From: Takakia lepidozioides
Taxonomy: Eukaryota > Plantae > Bryophyta
Reading direction: 5' to 3'
Assembly (NCBI GenBank): GCA_030704615.1
Contig: CM060731.1
Span: 77,252,001-77,316,000, forward strand
Length of the DNA stretch: 64,000 bases
This document shows, in pieces, positions 12,001-30,733 of this stretch. Each line of letters begins with the position of its first letter. The first letter of the stretch is position 1. A model generated the notes under the pieces. That model saw only the letters and a list, made by a program, of their open reading frames with translations. It searched no databases and was not told the DNA's origin. Made by a program: the position numbers and the translations under genes.

Positions 12001-13541
12001 ACTTATCAAGAACTCCGCTTCAAATATGGTCATAAACATGAGACTGAAAGTATAGAAATGAGCAAATCCCAGAGACAACAAATCATGGAGGTCTACAAGA
12101 AGAAAACAAAAACTATCTGTGGGTAAATTCGCCTCTAATCTTCTCAACCATAAGAGACGAGACAATAGTACCTCAGCCAAGCTGTGGCGCCATGACAGAA
12201 GGTTCGAGTGATGCTCGTATGGCCCCACATACACAACCCACCTCTCCTCAGCCTAGACACAGCATGCACATGCTATATTTTAAAGCGAACCTCTTACTGT
12301 TAGATTTGGTCGATTCATGCAGACCTGTAGCATGAGTTGAATTCACCAAGCCATATTACGCTCTTTCAATAGTTTTCCATGTTAACAAAAGCACTCAGAA
12401 CTGTACATAAAGTTGATGAGCCAAAAAATTGGATGTGCAGTCCCAGTCCTGAGAACATCTTATTGCCGATGTCACCCAGCCAGTCCTCCATTGGGACGAG
12501 TTAAGTAGTGCATATAAGTTTACATATCCGAATAGCACTTCACATCAAACTAGAAAAGGCTTTCCAGCAAAGAACCGTACCTTCAGGGTACTTAATATCC
12601 TCGACCTCAAAGTGGAGGGGACCGCGATCCCCATGACTTCTTGCAGCCTTTTTAAGGCAGCTGTACTGCCGGTTCCACAGAAAAAGAGGGCCTCCTCCCG
12701 GGTGCCCCTAAGACAATGCTTGATGTATTTGTGAGCTTCTGTAACATAGTGGCTAGTCCGGGCCCCTAAGAAACTGTCCTCAGTATGTGTGTTGGCTGCA
12801 TGTATGTGCACAGCTAATCATATCATTCAAAGTACAATTCGTCATTGTTGCACACAAAGTTACTAATAACGAACGTCAAACTACTTTGCGGTACTGACAA
12901 ATCTATCTGAAAACACAACTCTCGGGAATTTCTGTCCACTACATTGAAAGTTGACGAGTTCGTTCCAAGATAAATCTAGAAGACAGTACCGTAGAAGGGA
13001 AGCACATTGCGGGCTATGAACGTCTCAATGTGAGCAAGAGACCGTCCTGATGCGGTGTGGTCTGCGTAAGTGATCGGGCGCATGCCAAATGGGGTTGCAA
13101 ACTCTTGATCCCGCCCAATTATCTGTGAGCGTAGCCATGCGCATTTTCCTGCAGTTCGAACAGACAGCTAAAGAAATAAGTTTGCATATATACATGATGG
13201 CTAAGACAGTCATCTGGACCATCAGAGTTTAGCTTTCGCTTTCTCGGATGAGCTAGTTCTTACGTCTTGAAGTACGATTCTATAGTGGCATTTAGTCTGA
13301 CTTCAGACGATATCTCTTTCCATGGGTTCTCGAATGATTCTGCAATAGGTATCCCTGGCAGCTTGGCATCAGAGCGGCTGAACAGTCAATCACAGAGCGA
13401 TAGCTAGAATTTCGTAAAGCACTCACCTTCTGTGCTCTCTTTTGCCTGCTCCAACAATGGGGGATTGAGCTCTACCTTGTTGCCCAGCGTCAGCTGCATG
13501 CCCCACCTTCTCCCCTGCGGCGAACGATTGCCTAAACCCAT
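9044..13541 (-). CDS. Aminotransferase class-V / cysteine-desulfurase-like PLP enzyme; 8 exons (13541-13427, 13148-12990, 12795-12581, 12252-12172, 11895-11690, 11346-11145, 10705-9806, 9430-9044)
   Basis: Motifs YADHTASGRSL, ANTHT, GPYEHHSNLLSWR, GSFSACSNVTG, SPHKFVGGPGTPG (PLP lysine), REDAGTP, GIQARGGCACAGPYGH (catalytic Cys loop) and KPGWARLSF. All introns are GT-AG and in phase. The start ATG is either 13541 or 13499. Confidence 0.9.
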
Positions 13542-15158
13542 ATAATCTTACTGTCAGAACTGTGGATTCTGTTGTGTGGATGCAGACGAAGCAATCTGTG
13601 GTGCCCTTGGCAACCTTGTATCAGACCATCTCTGCAAAGCTCTTATAAGGCTCAACTGCTTCGGATGTGAGCTTCAAGTCTTAACTCTTGTCTTAACTCC
13701 AGCCAGGCTCCATCAATGCTTCTGTTCGCAACCGCCCACAAGCCTCCAAGTCTCGAGTAGGTACATACTACACATACCAACCCAGCTCTCAAAGTCAAAT
13801 CCAAAATTTTGGAGTTGAAATTTTCTGAAATTCCAATTCCAATTCCAATTTTCATTTTTGTTTTGGAAAACAAATCCAATTTTGGAAATTTTTCTGAAAT
13901 TTTCCGAATGGTCCCCGGATTTTGTGCTGAGTCCGGCGACGTTTTCCAGGCCACGTCATGCTTTGCCAATATTTCATTTCCCAGGACCACCTCATTCCAA
14001 CCGTCGAGGCCGGTTTGTGGCGGGGTGATGTGGGGGCGATGAGGCACGGGGAGGAACATGTTGACATTGGAGTCAATAGGGAGATCAATTGAGGCCTAGC
14101 TTGATTTAGGTAGTTTCTTGTTCCTCCTCTCCCTCTTCCTTTCCCTCGCTTTCCCGGGTACTACCTTCTTCTCAGTTCTAGTTCTGGTCACAAGGTGGTA
14201 TCCCCTCTGTGCTACTTTGAGGTTGTTCAATTTTCGTCTCTCTGTCCATGAAGTTTGAGAGCCTCTGTCCCCTCTTTTACCCAATAATAATGATAATAAT
14301 ATATAGGGCCCACCTTCAAAAAGATGACGGTTATTAGGTAGCATGTGCGCATGCTCAGGCTGCTCGGAGCATGATCATGCGAGCTGCACAAGGGATAAGA
14401 TTAATTTTTAGACTCTCCTCGTTCTGCTGTAGCTGGAATAGAAAGATTATGTTCCTAACTAATTTCTTTCAGGAGTCATGCAGGCTCTGTAACAAAATTG
14501 CTAGATTTCATTTTTGATTGCAACTTATGTTTTCATCATGCTTTTGCGGCAATAGAGGAATACTCTTACTAAAGCCAATATAATTTTTAGTGTGACTTCA
14601 TCCTGATGGGATATTGCCTTCCATTTATTGCATGAATATACAAAATTAAAGAACATGAGGATTTGTTGTCTAAGGTGATCTAACAGATGCCTATGTTAGA
14701 TGTACTCAACACTCTGCACACAATCAACCCAGCTCAAGCTACTTGCTTCAGTCCAGAAAGTCTCCCTTCCATTGAGAAAGACTTTCTTAGGCTACATAAG
14801 TCATGACAGACCTATTGATTCATCAACAAAAGTAACTCTTTTGCAACAAGATTCTCTTTTCTTTTCTGATGGTATTTCTGACAAGAATGCGGGCAACAGT
14901 AACCACATTGCACATTGGGGGTGATAGCCCCACATGCACTTAAAACACCCACACAGTGAGGAAAATCCAGTGCAAAGTGCTATCCACTTCATAATTTGGT
15001 AGCAGGACACTAAGTGAGAGTACAAACTTGGAATATCTTTTTGCTCGATTCTTTCACTAAAACCAAGCCATGCAAGGGCATAACCACGGACTACTGTAAA
15101 TGAATTGTGTTGTGTGGTAATGAAACCCCCAAAAAGCCGTCTGATGTATTCATTCGTG

Positions 15159-18100
15159 TTACTCAGCTTTGGTGGGCTTTGTGTGAGACCTGTGGGCCCT
15201 CCCATACTTCGAAAGAAAGAAATTGGTGAAGAACATCAACAGCGACAGGGAGTAGAAGAAGAGCATCTGCCACACCCAGAGAGTTTTAACTTCGGTCAAT
15301 AACTTTTCACCTAGGCTATACCTGCTATGTCACTAGAGCACCCTTCCTCCCTAGTTTGAACTGCAGCCCTGATGGGTCACAACTTGTGACTGCAATAGCT
15401 TATTGCACAGATCCCATCATCCACAGTGACATAGAACACTTCCACCCACAGACTGTTAGTGAATATAAACTTCCTCATGGGCCTCACAATTGGCTCAAGA
15501 GGTGAACAGCAGAAAATAGAACTTACTCGAGGTACGTTCTTCGCATATGCAGCAGGCCTTAGCATGCCATAAAGGGCTTGTGCAATGAAGGACAAAAATT
15601 GAACCATTTGCATCATTGTCAGGTACCTGTATTATTCATACAACAGACCCAATTAGGAATATATTCTTCATCAACGCTCCAAGAACATGGGGCCCTGATT
15701 CCAGGGCCATCGGCCAGTAGTTGTGAGCATGCACAATCTCAGATACCATGTACTGAAAGCTTTGAAAACCACTCCTGGTCCCACGGGCAAGTACAGACCT
15801 TCTCCTTGGATGACAATATAAGTGGACAATCAGAGGCATTGCCAGATATAGTATGGCATAATGGCTTCATTAAAAGATGACTAATGCCAGCGAGAGCTAG
15901 GGGTTTCGGTGACTGTTTCTACCCTTGAGGGAAATTGCCTCACTGAGGAGGGGGTGGAAGTTAATCTGGTTGAACAAAGTGATGTTACCCACAACATGGC
16001 CAGGCCTGATACTGCAGAGTGACCAATGCCCTAAACACTGCACTACCTACTGAATCAAGCTCACCACATAGAGCAAAGGACAAAAGTAAGCATCTCCACT
16101 TACTTTCCCCAGAAAAGGTACTTGCGCCTGTGGCGCTCTTCCTTGGCTACGGTGGCAGCCAGCAGATAGTACAAATACATGGCCACATGAATCCATGAAT
16201 TGAATGCCGCTGAAAAGTAGGCTGCACGTTCGCCCCACAAACCTCTTGTCAGCAACCCTCTGTCTCTGCCTTTGTTTAGTATGGTTCCAAGTTCCTTCTG
16301 TTTCATCCATCTCTCTTTCTCTTCCTGTCTCTCAGACAGTTTTGAAACAAGCCAATGTTGCTAGTCTGTTTCTTGGATGGCTTCAAACACAACATAGAGA
16401 GTATATTGTGACTTGTCCTGGATTGTGAATCACTAGGGCCATAATACGATGAGTTGGGCTACACCCCAAACCAGGTAAGGTCTCTAAACTGCTCAAATTA
16501 TTAAAACTTTCAGAGCAGCCCTACATGCTGCTACTCATAATAGAGTACAAAATGCGGGAAATGGAAAATAGTTTGACACTCACCATCACCAGTTGGAGAG
16601 AGATAGCTTATTATCCACCATACAAATGAAATGCTTGCATGATGGTAGAGATGAAGGTAGGTAACTTGCCGTAGATTTCTCCTCCAAAGCATCACTGCCT
16701 GTCAAAGACCCAGCAAGAGCCACTTTATTAAGTAGCATTCGGATTCTGTGAATGAAGAAGACCCGTAAAGTAACATGACCAGATTTACCAACTCCTGACT
16801 GGGCTAAATGGCTCTCAAACAAGATAACATAGGTCAGGTTCATGGTTTCTTACCGTGTCCACAAACTCATACAGCTTTGAAACGTAAAAGAGGTAAATGT
16901 AAAACCCCATCTGCAAGGAACAAGGCCACACTCTTTAAATGTATGCCACTGGCACTAGACAATGAAATTCTTTGCAGCAACTCACAGCAGCTTCACATGA
17001 GCTCTTGATGCCCTTCAATCACACTAAACTGGCCACACTACGACCATAGTCAAATAGTGAGGACCAACAAGCATATCATAGCGACTTGAGGATTCCATGC
17101 AGCAATGTCAATACCTTACAGCAAACCCAGAGAACTTACTTTAAGTTCCTTATCATTGTAGGGGTTACCCCAGAAAGAGTATCTGCCACGTACATAACAA
17201 AAAGACGGTCACATCAGGGTGGCACAAGAGTCATGCAAGAGAAAGTCCTATGGAGAGTCCTAAACTGGGTTTCTGCTTTTTTGAATGACGTTGGACAATG
17301 CCCAACCCCACCAAATTGGGAATAGTTCTATCATCCTTAACAATCCATGCATACAAGTGCCAGCTTAAACTCTGGTGCTAATGAGAGGTGGCTATATACC
17401 CCTACAAGCTATGAAAATTGCGCTGCATCTGAGCATATATGTCCGGGATATGACCAATGTGTTTAAGGCGATTGCAACCAGTTCCTCGAATTTCCTTATA
17501 ATGCCTGCCGGATGGCCTGTGGGGATTGATCCCATCAATACAAATAAGTACATTTTGGTGAAAAGGCTTACGAAGTAAGTGCACTCTTGGCCAATTGAGA
17601 AGTTGGCCCAAATGGAACGTCTTTAGTTTTCACAATGGGAGATTCAACCAACCAAGATTAAGCTAAAATCGGTGAAGACTGCCCACTTTCCTGCAGAGAA
17701 CCCTTCTGCGTTAACTTCATTCCAGATTCTTGTGCTTCATAAGTCATCGTACAAATTTGATTGTGAATTCTTCAGTCGAGAATCAACTCGTCCATTTCGT
17801 TCCAGCGATTTCACGAGCTTATGTATTTTAATCACTACTACTAGGTTCTTCCGAGGAATAAACCATGACAATGCAACTGCATGCAGAATTCGATGCCCCT
17901 ATTTGAAATTTCTACTCTGGATCGGGCTGGAGTCAAATTTAGAACATTGTACGTGAACGAGACAGTGTGAGAGACAGACCTGTGCCGCATTGCCTCGCTC
18001 AGTATACCAACACCCAGGTACAAACTGAGGCCGCAGAGGAAACTATTGTGAAGAATGACGAACCGTTGCAACCATGTAGGATCCCGGACCCTGGGCTTAA

Positions 18101-18455
18101 GGCCAGCACGCTTGATGTGGGAGGACCAAATCAACACAACGAACAGATATGAGAAAATGGCAAGCACCACAGGAGCGGATCTTCTGACAAAAGGCAAGTC
18201 CCCGGTAATGAAACTGGGCTTGCGCATATCCAGACCCACAAAATTTTCCAGGAAGGCATGGACGGAGTTATCGATCACAGCCGACAATGTGTGCGGCCTG
18301 GTAGGGGTGTCGAACGACAGTACATTCCAAGTCGGCAGGAAGGACTGGAAGCTGCTCACATTCCGGGTTGCCTCTCCGCCAGAACCCAACAACCAGCTTA
18401 CTTGACTAGACTTATTCTCCAGCACCCTCAACCACTCCCCTTGGCTGACTGCCAT
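15159..18455 (-). CDS. ELO/GNS1-SUR4 family fatty-acid (PUFA-type) elongase; 7 exons (18455-17980, 17182-17140, 16910-16854, 16698-16584, 16221-16104, 15626-15527, 15266-15159)
   Basis: Small exons missing from the ORF track were read by hand: YSFWGNPY, FYVSKLYEFVDT, LHLYHHASI (His box), NSWIHVAMYLYY, YLTMMQMVQF and a C-terminal KPTKAE. The sequence resembles the Physcomitrium PSE1 and Marchantia ELO elongases. Confidence 0.92.
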
Positions 18456-20763
18456 GTTTCCCAACTCCGTCTCGCACCTCCCGAGCTCCCAAATCTCACT
18501 CACTCCCTTTGTACACCACAGGAATCGGGACACCAAAGGGGTTCATGTCCTCTCCCTCCCTCTCTCCACCTGAAGAAAGAAGCTCATGCTGCGGCTCAGA
18601 ACGTCGCAGCGAGGATGAGGTTTGAATTTCAGTTTCTCCATGGTTCAAGCCTATTATAGCTTCTGCCTTTGCTTCCAGGATAGATGGCCCTGCTACCATT
18701 CATTCCTATTTTGCAGCACACTCGTGACTCCTTGCCCTCCATCTGTCCTCCTCTGCTACCCACCCTCACCCTTGCGGGCCCACCTCCTCAATTTTTCATC
18801 TCCTTCTCCTTTTCCATCTCACATCCTCCAGAGGAGAGCCCTTCCGGCTCACAACACTCCATCTTTCATCCTTGGCTTGAAGGAATGCTTTTGCCACCAC
18901 CTACACGTTTGTCTTGTGTTTTAGAGCTAGAGAAGCCGGGACTATTTGCCTGGTCGGTGCGTGGTGGTCGGTGCGTGGTGGTCGGTGGCGTTCATGGTGG
19001 AAGCGAAGGACTGCAAGTCTCTAGGAAGTACACAGTGAAAAGTAAGTTCTGGAGGAACTTGCATTGAATGGTATCTTGAAGCTTGCATTCTCTCTCATGT
19101 GACAGTTCAGATCAGAACTAGCAAACAAATGTAACGTTTCAAGTTTCAACTTAAAAATTGAAGGGATATCTTCTCCCTGGAAAAATATCCTGAAATCTAG
19201 GGGTTGTGCACCTTTTCAACAAGACCCTTTTGAGTTCTCTCTCGACCTCAATCTTGTCTCTCCTCTCCTCTTCTCCCTTGCTTTACTCCCTCCGTTATTC
19301 ATCTTTGAACCCAACTTTCTTATGATGATATGGAGTCAATGCACAACTACTCCAAACTTTGTACTGGAAAATATACGGCTGCAAACGTCGTTTTCCTTTG
19401 AGGATTGAAGGCTGGACTGCGCCCATTACACTAATCAGCTGTTCCAAACTCTCTGAACTTAACTTTCCTCTTCTTGAGCCCTCCAGTCTTTACTCCTCTC
19501 TTTCAACTTAATCCTATGAGATGTTCAAGTTGCATTTCTTCTTGAACACTAGAAAGCATGTGGAAGAGGCATATCAGAGAAAATTCTCAGTAAAACAACA
19601 CTTCTTACTGCTAGTGCAAGTGATGACCGTAGTTGGCTTTGCTTCTAGACTTGCCTATGCCCTTATGACCGTTTTGTGCTGATCATTCTGTAGTCGATTT
19701 TGAAGAGCTCTTGCAGCTTTGTTGAAGAGAAAACAAACAAGGAGGTTTTGGAGTGCTGAATTTCTCACTTTGTCCATCAACCCCTGCCAGGGCCCACGAG
19801 GTGAGGAAGCATGTTCTCATCAAGGGCCAAGGCTGACAAGGACCACGCGCACAAGAAATTGCGGCAGCACCTTGTACTCTTGGGTTTGTGGTTAGCAGCG
19901 ATTCGTGCAGCACCCTTTTTCATTCATATGTACAAAAACAAGAAACTTGATTTTTGTGAGTAACAATCAACTGATTGAATGAGGATGCATCAATCTAACA
20001 ATGACATTATCAAGAATGATGCTGAGCTGGTAGATGTCCCAGCAAAACAGCTTCACCACAAGCTTCTGCAATATACAATCCGACATACCGGAAGGGGATG
20101 TCAGAACTACAATACTGGTTGAGAACCTTTCAGCGTTGATCAGATCTTGCATAGAAGCTCTTTCTCCAAGTCACCATTCATATACCATGAAGTCTGCCTT
20201 AATCTACATGATGACATTTGCAAAACCAGCCCATCTTGCAGGTACAACGCACTCCTACAACATGAACATTGGATATCCATCGCTCTCTGTACCTTTTCAG
20301 AAGATCAATTGCTTGATGGGTATTTAGATTCTTTGTTGTATGCATCAGCTGAATGTCAGAGTTCGTGTGGGTATTATTTTGACCACAGAACAATAATACT
20401 CTGTGAAGTCTGTTAAGTTTCAGATCTGATTTGGAGTAAAAAAGACTTCAATCTTGTCATCATAAGAGTCTGCGAAGTTTTTTGTCTATGAAATCATTTA
20501 GAATAAAAGTCTCTAATGACTTCCAAAGCCAAAATGATAGCTTCCTTTTACCTTGAGTTTGGAAAAATAAATGCAATTCCCTGTAACCACCTGATAAAGT
20601 ACACGGGTGTAGCATATTATTATCATTCTGAAGAGGGCATGGAGCTAATATGTATGTTAACATGAGACCCATACACCACTACAGCTCCTCCCCAGGACCA
20701 TTGTACCCTCTCCCCAGAGAAGAATGTCCACTGTGAAGGAGAGGCAGATCCCTTGTAATAACC

Positions 20764-25896
<5,133 letters not shown>

Positions 25897-26966
25897 AGCT
25901 TCTCTTCAAACTCAACCCCTCCTTCAATTCCTTAGCAAAAAACCGCTCCAAATTGATATGGGTCCTTCTCCACAGACCCCAGCTTCAACGCAATGCAACG
26001 CTGAGGATTGCGAGAGAGAGAGAGAGACACGAGCATATATGAGTATCCGAAGCCCACCACTCCCTTGCTGCTTTGACGGATGAAACATCTCTGTTCATGG
26101 ATGTAATAGCTCTGTTCGTAGATGAGAACGTAAGTCAACAGTCAACCCTTCTGAATGAAAAACTGTCACGATGAAGCCGAATAAAAGGTCAGCTGAAATA
26201 CGAAGGAAATTACTTTAAGACATTTTCTAAGAGAATACTTACCTTAACTTTAAGAAAACTGCTGGTAGAGTCTGTAGTCTGTACCCAAAAAGAAGAAAAG
26301 GAAAAAGAAGAAAAGGAAAGGAAAAGGAATCTTAATTATTATCTTTTTAATAAAGAGAAAAAGGGAAAGAAAAGGATAACTGCGCGCCGTCACCGATATA
26401 GCCGGGTATATCGTTGGCACCGTTTCATCGACAGACTCCTGACGCCGTCGACGGCGACGGACCTATGAACAGTTCGTCCGTTCAACGGCGACGTACGAAC
26501 AAACGAAGATATTCGTCCGTTAGTTATCGACGGACGTTGCAAACGAAACTACTTCGACGCTTTCGATCTTTGGAGTTTCTTTCACGCTTGCGAGGTTTGC
26601 TCCAGATATTTTTATGAGCTTCTTCGTTGATCTTACGAGATAATGTGGTAGATCGCACACCGGCCGTTGGAAATCCATCTGCAGAGAAGCGGAATCAAAG
26701 ACGTGCACAGTGTGCATGCAGAGAGATTGCGTGGACATGATGGAGGCAGGAGGAAGAATCGTGGGCATGAATAGAGTTGCGTGAAAGATGTAGTTTTTCT
26801 GGTCAACTAGACCATTTTGCTGTTCTGGAGAGATGTCTGTACCTCCAATCATCGACAACTGAAGAGCTCCTACTCAGATTGGATGTTTGACAAGATTTTC
26901 ATGGTGGTCCCACGGCATTCACTAGACAGGGATTGCAGAGTTGATTGCGTGCTGTAAGATCTGCAG

Positions 26967-28350
26967 TTGTCGTGGTCCAACGAGCCTCAGTACGTGTGTA
27001 AAGCTTTACCTTTCTCTGCTTCGTCCTCTTCATGCTGCAAGCTTCGTCTGCGATCTCGCATAAGCAGGGGGATGGCACCCAGCTCCGCTGGACTCGTGTG
27101 TGCGGGTGGAGAGGCCATGCCGATGCACTGGCTTTCTCGTTGCAGTGAGCAGGCGCGAAGCTTCACACAATGCAGCACATTAGCGGCTCTGGACGTGAAA
27201 TGGGTTTCCAGCTTGGCAGTGCGGGGCCCCAGACCCCTGCAGGGGACCTCCCAGCCTTCAGACATGCCCAAGAAAGGTACATAGATGTGACTCTTTGCGT
27301 TCGTTTTGCAGTCTCTAAGCTGGATATTGTCCTTGATAAATCCAAGCAGACTGACATCCATCTCCGCCGAAGCAGTTCCCTTTATTAGCACACACGGTCC
27401 CAGAAGGCCATAGTCCCTGTAGGATACTTTCGCCCCTCCCCTCCCCCAGGAGCTGTTTGCCGGATCTGATCCCCCAGGATTTATGAGATTCATCCTGAAA
27501 TTGTTAGATTGTCCACACCAAACAACATCATTACGGGCTAATGAGTGTGTAATGCAGGGGTGAGTTTACACATCTTGCTAGCAAATGCAACAGGGATTTC
27601 AGCACTGCTAAAACCCTCCCTTTCACTGCACAGTTAATGAGGGAGAGGAAGAGAAAAAAGAAACTTCATAGATGTCCCAGCTCAATTAAAGATCTATGTT
27701 TAAAAACCAGCACTTCTCAATAGAGAGGGAGGCCAATCAGAGTTTAGCATAGTTCTCACATCCTTGTAGGTCTTCACGCAGGTCAAGCAATGAGCAAAGA
27801 ACGACTCTGGCTGGAGTTCTTCCCAGCTCCTTCAAAATGATGGGACTACAGGTGATCATCACTGCTGCTTTAACCGCAATTTGGCCACACTGACAGGAAA
27901 TTACAAAGGAGAGCTTGTGACCGAAGCCGGTATGATGATTTTCTATGGACTGCATTGTACCTCCAGTTGCTTAAAATAAAACCATTTTTGCTCTTGTTGT
28001 GAAAAGCGATCCTTTCTATTGGGATCAAGGGCTTGTTTGACAGTAGCTTGTCAAAGGTTGTCTTATGCTATTTGAATAGGGTTGGAGCTTTAATGGTTGT
28101 AGACTGGTTTATGCAAGACTGTCAATTGAAGCTATGGCAATTCAGCTGTCCACTGGTGGTTTCTGCAGAGAAGTCCACAATCACCAGACTTCGGACATAA
28201 GCATATAAATGAAATCCTTCACTGTAAGGGTTGGTCAAACTCTCCTTGGGTGAAAGCAGAGCTCCTTGCGGTGATGCAAGGTCGAGTCCAATCGGTTGAT
28301 AGTTCTAAGGTCAATGTATACCATAGAGCTCCAGGCCGAGAATACAATAG
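26967..28350 (+). CDS. Putative upstream (targeting-peptide) exons of the DYW-PPR gene: ~26967/27072-27276 and 28146/28169-28350
   Basis: 28169-28350 is open and ends AAT AG|GTATT (phase 2), matching the acceptor TACAG|G ATG at 28515/28516. The donor AAA G|GTACAT at 27276 (phase 1) matches the acceptor TTCAG|CT at 28145. The 26967 exon is S/R/C-rich. Confidence 0.5.
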
Positions 28351-28516
28351 GTATTGTTCTGATAAGGATTCAAGGATGTTAACTCAGTAGCGGTACAGTT
28401 TCTTGTCAAAAGTTGATGACGGCAGGAGTTTTGTGTTATCTTGGAGGGTTCTGAGAAGTATTAAAGACTTTTGAGATATACTATGTGAGTTTGACTGCAA
28501 ACTTTTTAACTACAGG

Positions 28517-30733
28517 ATGGCAGGGTTGAATGGTTCACACTTATTGCAATCAGGCTCATACACCATCACCACTTCTTTTGAAAGAGGCCGAAGAGTTGAT
28601 GAGGACTCTTCTGGCACTTTCAGCATGGTGACAACACTCTGTAAGGCAGGGCAACTGATAAAGGCACTGCACATTTTGAATCAAGAAGTCATGTCAGCAG
28701 ACTCCGACACTTACATACTTCTCTTGCGGGAGTGCATCAAAGTTAATGACCCAGACAAGGGAAAGCAGGTGCACAACCACATTATTCAAAGTGGATTCAG
28801 GCCAAACAGCTTTCTACTCAACACCCTTGTCAACATGTATGCCAAGTGTGGGAGTGTAGTGGCAGCACGCCAAGTTTTTGACAAAATGCGTAAGCGAGAT
28901 GTGTTTACATGGACTATAATGATGGCAGGATATGTGAAGCATGGGTATGGTAGGGAGGCTATTGAGATCTATCATCGAATGAAACGGGAAGAGGTGATGC
29001 CCAACCATGTCACATTCGTTTGCGTTCTCAAGGCATGTGCGAGCCTAGGAGCCCTGGAAATGGGCAAAGAGGTTCATGCTGACATAGTCACAGCTGCAAT
29101 TGTGCCGGATGTTATTTTGGAGACCGCCCTTGCAAACATGTATGCCAAATGCGGGAGCATGAAGGATGCATGTCAAATGTTTGAGAATATGGTTGAACGA
29201 GATGTTGTCTCATGGAATGCGATGATTGCTGGATACACTCAGCGTGGGTTTGATAGAGAGGCTGTCGACAAGTATGAGCAAATGATACAAGCAGGGATGT
29301 CTCCCAACAAGGTCACCTTCATTTCCATTCTCACTGCGTGTGCCAACCTGGCAGCTGTGGACAAGGGCAAAGAAGTTCACGCTCGCATCATCAATGCTGG
29401 AATTGCACCAGATATCATTCTGGAGACTGCCCTTGTTGACATGTATGCCAAATGTGGGAGCATTAAGGATGCACACCAAATCTTTGACAATATGGCCCAT
29501 CAAGATGTGGTCTCATGGAGTGCAATGATCGCAGGATATGCTCAGCAGGCGTGTGGTAGGGAGGCTTTTAAGATGTATGAGCAAATGATACAAGAAGGGG
29601 TGACACCCAACAATGTGACATTCATTTCTGTTCTCAATGCCTGTGCCAGCCTGGCAGCTGTGGAGAAGGGCAAAGAGGTCCATGCTGAGATCATCAAAGC
29701 TGGAATTGCGACAGATATCATTCTGGAGACTGCCCTTGCTGACATGTATGCCAAATGTGGGAGCTTAGAGGATGCACGGAACGTGTTCGACAGTATGGCT
29801 CAACGAAATGTGGTCTCATGGAATGTGATGATCGCAGGATATGCTCAGCATGGATGTGGTAGGGAGGCCCTGCAACTATGTGAACAAATGCAGCAGGATG
29901 GCTTGATGCCAGACAATGTCACCTTTGTATGTCTTCTCTCTGCATGTAGCTATGTGGGACTCGTGGATGAAGGCCTTCACTACTTTGATTCCATGAGTCG
30001 AGATCATGGCCTCACTCCCGCAGTGGAGCATTTTGGCTGCATGGTGGACCTTCTTGGCCGTGCAGGGCAATTGCGTGAAGCAGAGAATTTGATTGACACG
30101 ATGCCAGTAAAATCAGATGCTGCTGTATGGCGGGCCTTGCTTGGTGCCTGCAGAGTTCACGGTGATGTGAAGCTGGCAGAACGTGTAGCAAAATGCCTTC
30201 TCAAGTGGGATCCACATCACCCTGGAAATTATGTGCTACTATCAAACATCTATGCCGCGGCTGGCAGGTGGGAGGAGAGAGCAGAGGTGAGAAAATTGAT
30301 GGAGGACAGAGGTGTCAGAAAGGAGCCAGGGTGCAGCTCCATTGAGGTGGACAACCATATGCATACCTTTTTTGTAGAAGACAAGTCGCATCCACAGACA
30401 CAGGAAATCCATGCCGAATTGAACAGATTGCTTGGGCTCATGAAGAAGGCCGGATACGTGCCTGACACTCGCTTTGTATTACATGATGTGGAGGATGAGC
30501 AGAAGGAACTGTCTCTTTGCCACCACAGTGAGAAGCTGGCCATTGCTTTTGGACTCATCAGCACACCCCCTGGTAAGCCTATCCGCATCATCAAGAACCT
30601 TCGGGTTTGTGGTGACTGCCACACAGCTACCAAGTTCATCTCCAAGATTGTGGAGCGAGAAATTGTCGTACGGGATGCCAACCGCTTTCACCAATTCCAA
30701 GGTGGCGATTGTTCTTGTGGGGATTACTGGTGA
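28517..30733 (+). CDS. PLS-class PPR protein with E/E+/DYW deaminase domain (organellar C-to-U RNA editing factor)
   Basis: Repeated P-L-S triplets ([12 protein letters not shown]), P2-L2-S2, PG box [24 protein letters not shown] and terminal CSCGDYW. Confidence 0.97.
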   Translation: MAGLNGSHLLQSGSYTITTSFERGRRVDEDSSGTFSMVTTLCKAGQLIKALHILNQEVMSADSDTYILLLRECIKVNDPDKGKQVHNHIIQSGFRPNSFLLNTLVNMYAKCGSVVAARQVFDKMRKRDVFTWTIMMAGYVKHGYGREAIEIYHRMKREEVMPNHVTFVCVLKACASLGALEMGKEVHADIVTAAIVPDVILETALANMYAKCGSMKDACQMFENMVERDVVSWNAMIAGYTQRGFDREAVDKYEQMIQAGMSPNKVTFISILTACANLAAVDKGKEVHARIINAGIAPDIILETALVDMYAKCGSIKDAHQIFDNMAHQDVVSWSAMIAGYAQQACGREAFKMYEQMIQEGVTPNNVTFISVLNACASLAAVEKGKEVHAEIIKAGIATDIILETALADMYAKCGSLEDARNVFDSMAQRNVVSWNVMIAGYAQHGCGREALQLCEQMQQDGLMPDNVTFVCLLSACSYVGLVDEGLHYFDSMSRDHGLTPAVEHFGCMVDLLGRAGQLREAENLIDTMPVKSDAAVWRALLGACRVHGDVKLAERVAKCLLKWDPHHPGNYVLLSNIYAAAGRWEERAEVRKLMEDRGVRKEPGCSSIEVDNHMHTFFVEDKSHPQTQEIHAELNRLLGLMKKAGYVPDTRFVLHDVEDEQKELSLCHHSEKLAIAFGLISTPPGKPIRIIKNLRVCGDCHTATKFISKIVEREIVVRDANRFHQFQGGDCSCGDYW

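Noticed and set aside
675-13541. Recent bacterial horizontal transfer of rsfS, rpmA and a sufS-like gene
   Set aside because: All three have spliceosomal introns and plant-type features or extensions, so they are ordinary nuclear genes.
13800-14050. TTCCAA-rich tract as a MITE
   Set aside because: It looks repeat-derived, but I could not find paired TIRs or a TSD.
19960-20420. Possible small gene between ELO and MDH
   Set aside because: There are several short overlapping ORFs but no recognisable motif or consistent exon chain.
30300-30733. U-to-C type (KP/GRP-like) DYW variant
   Set aside because: The domain has the canonical PG box, HSEKLA and terminal DYW of C-to-U editors.
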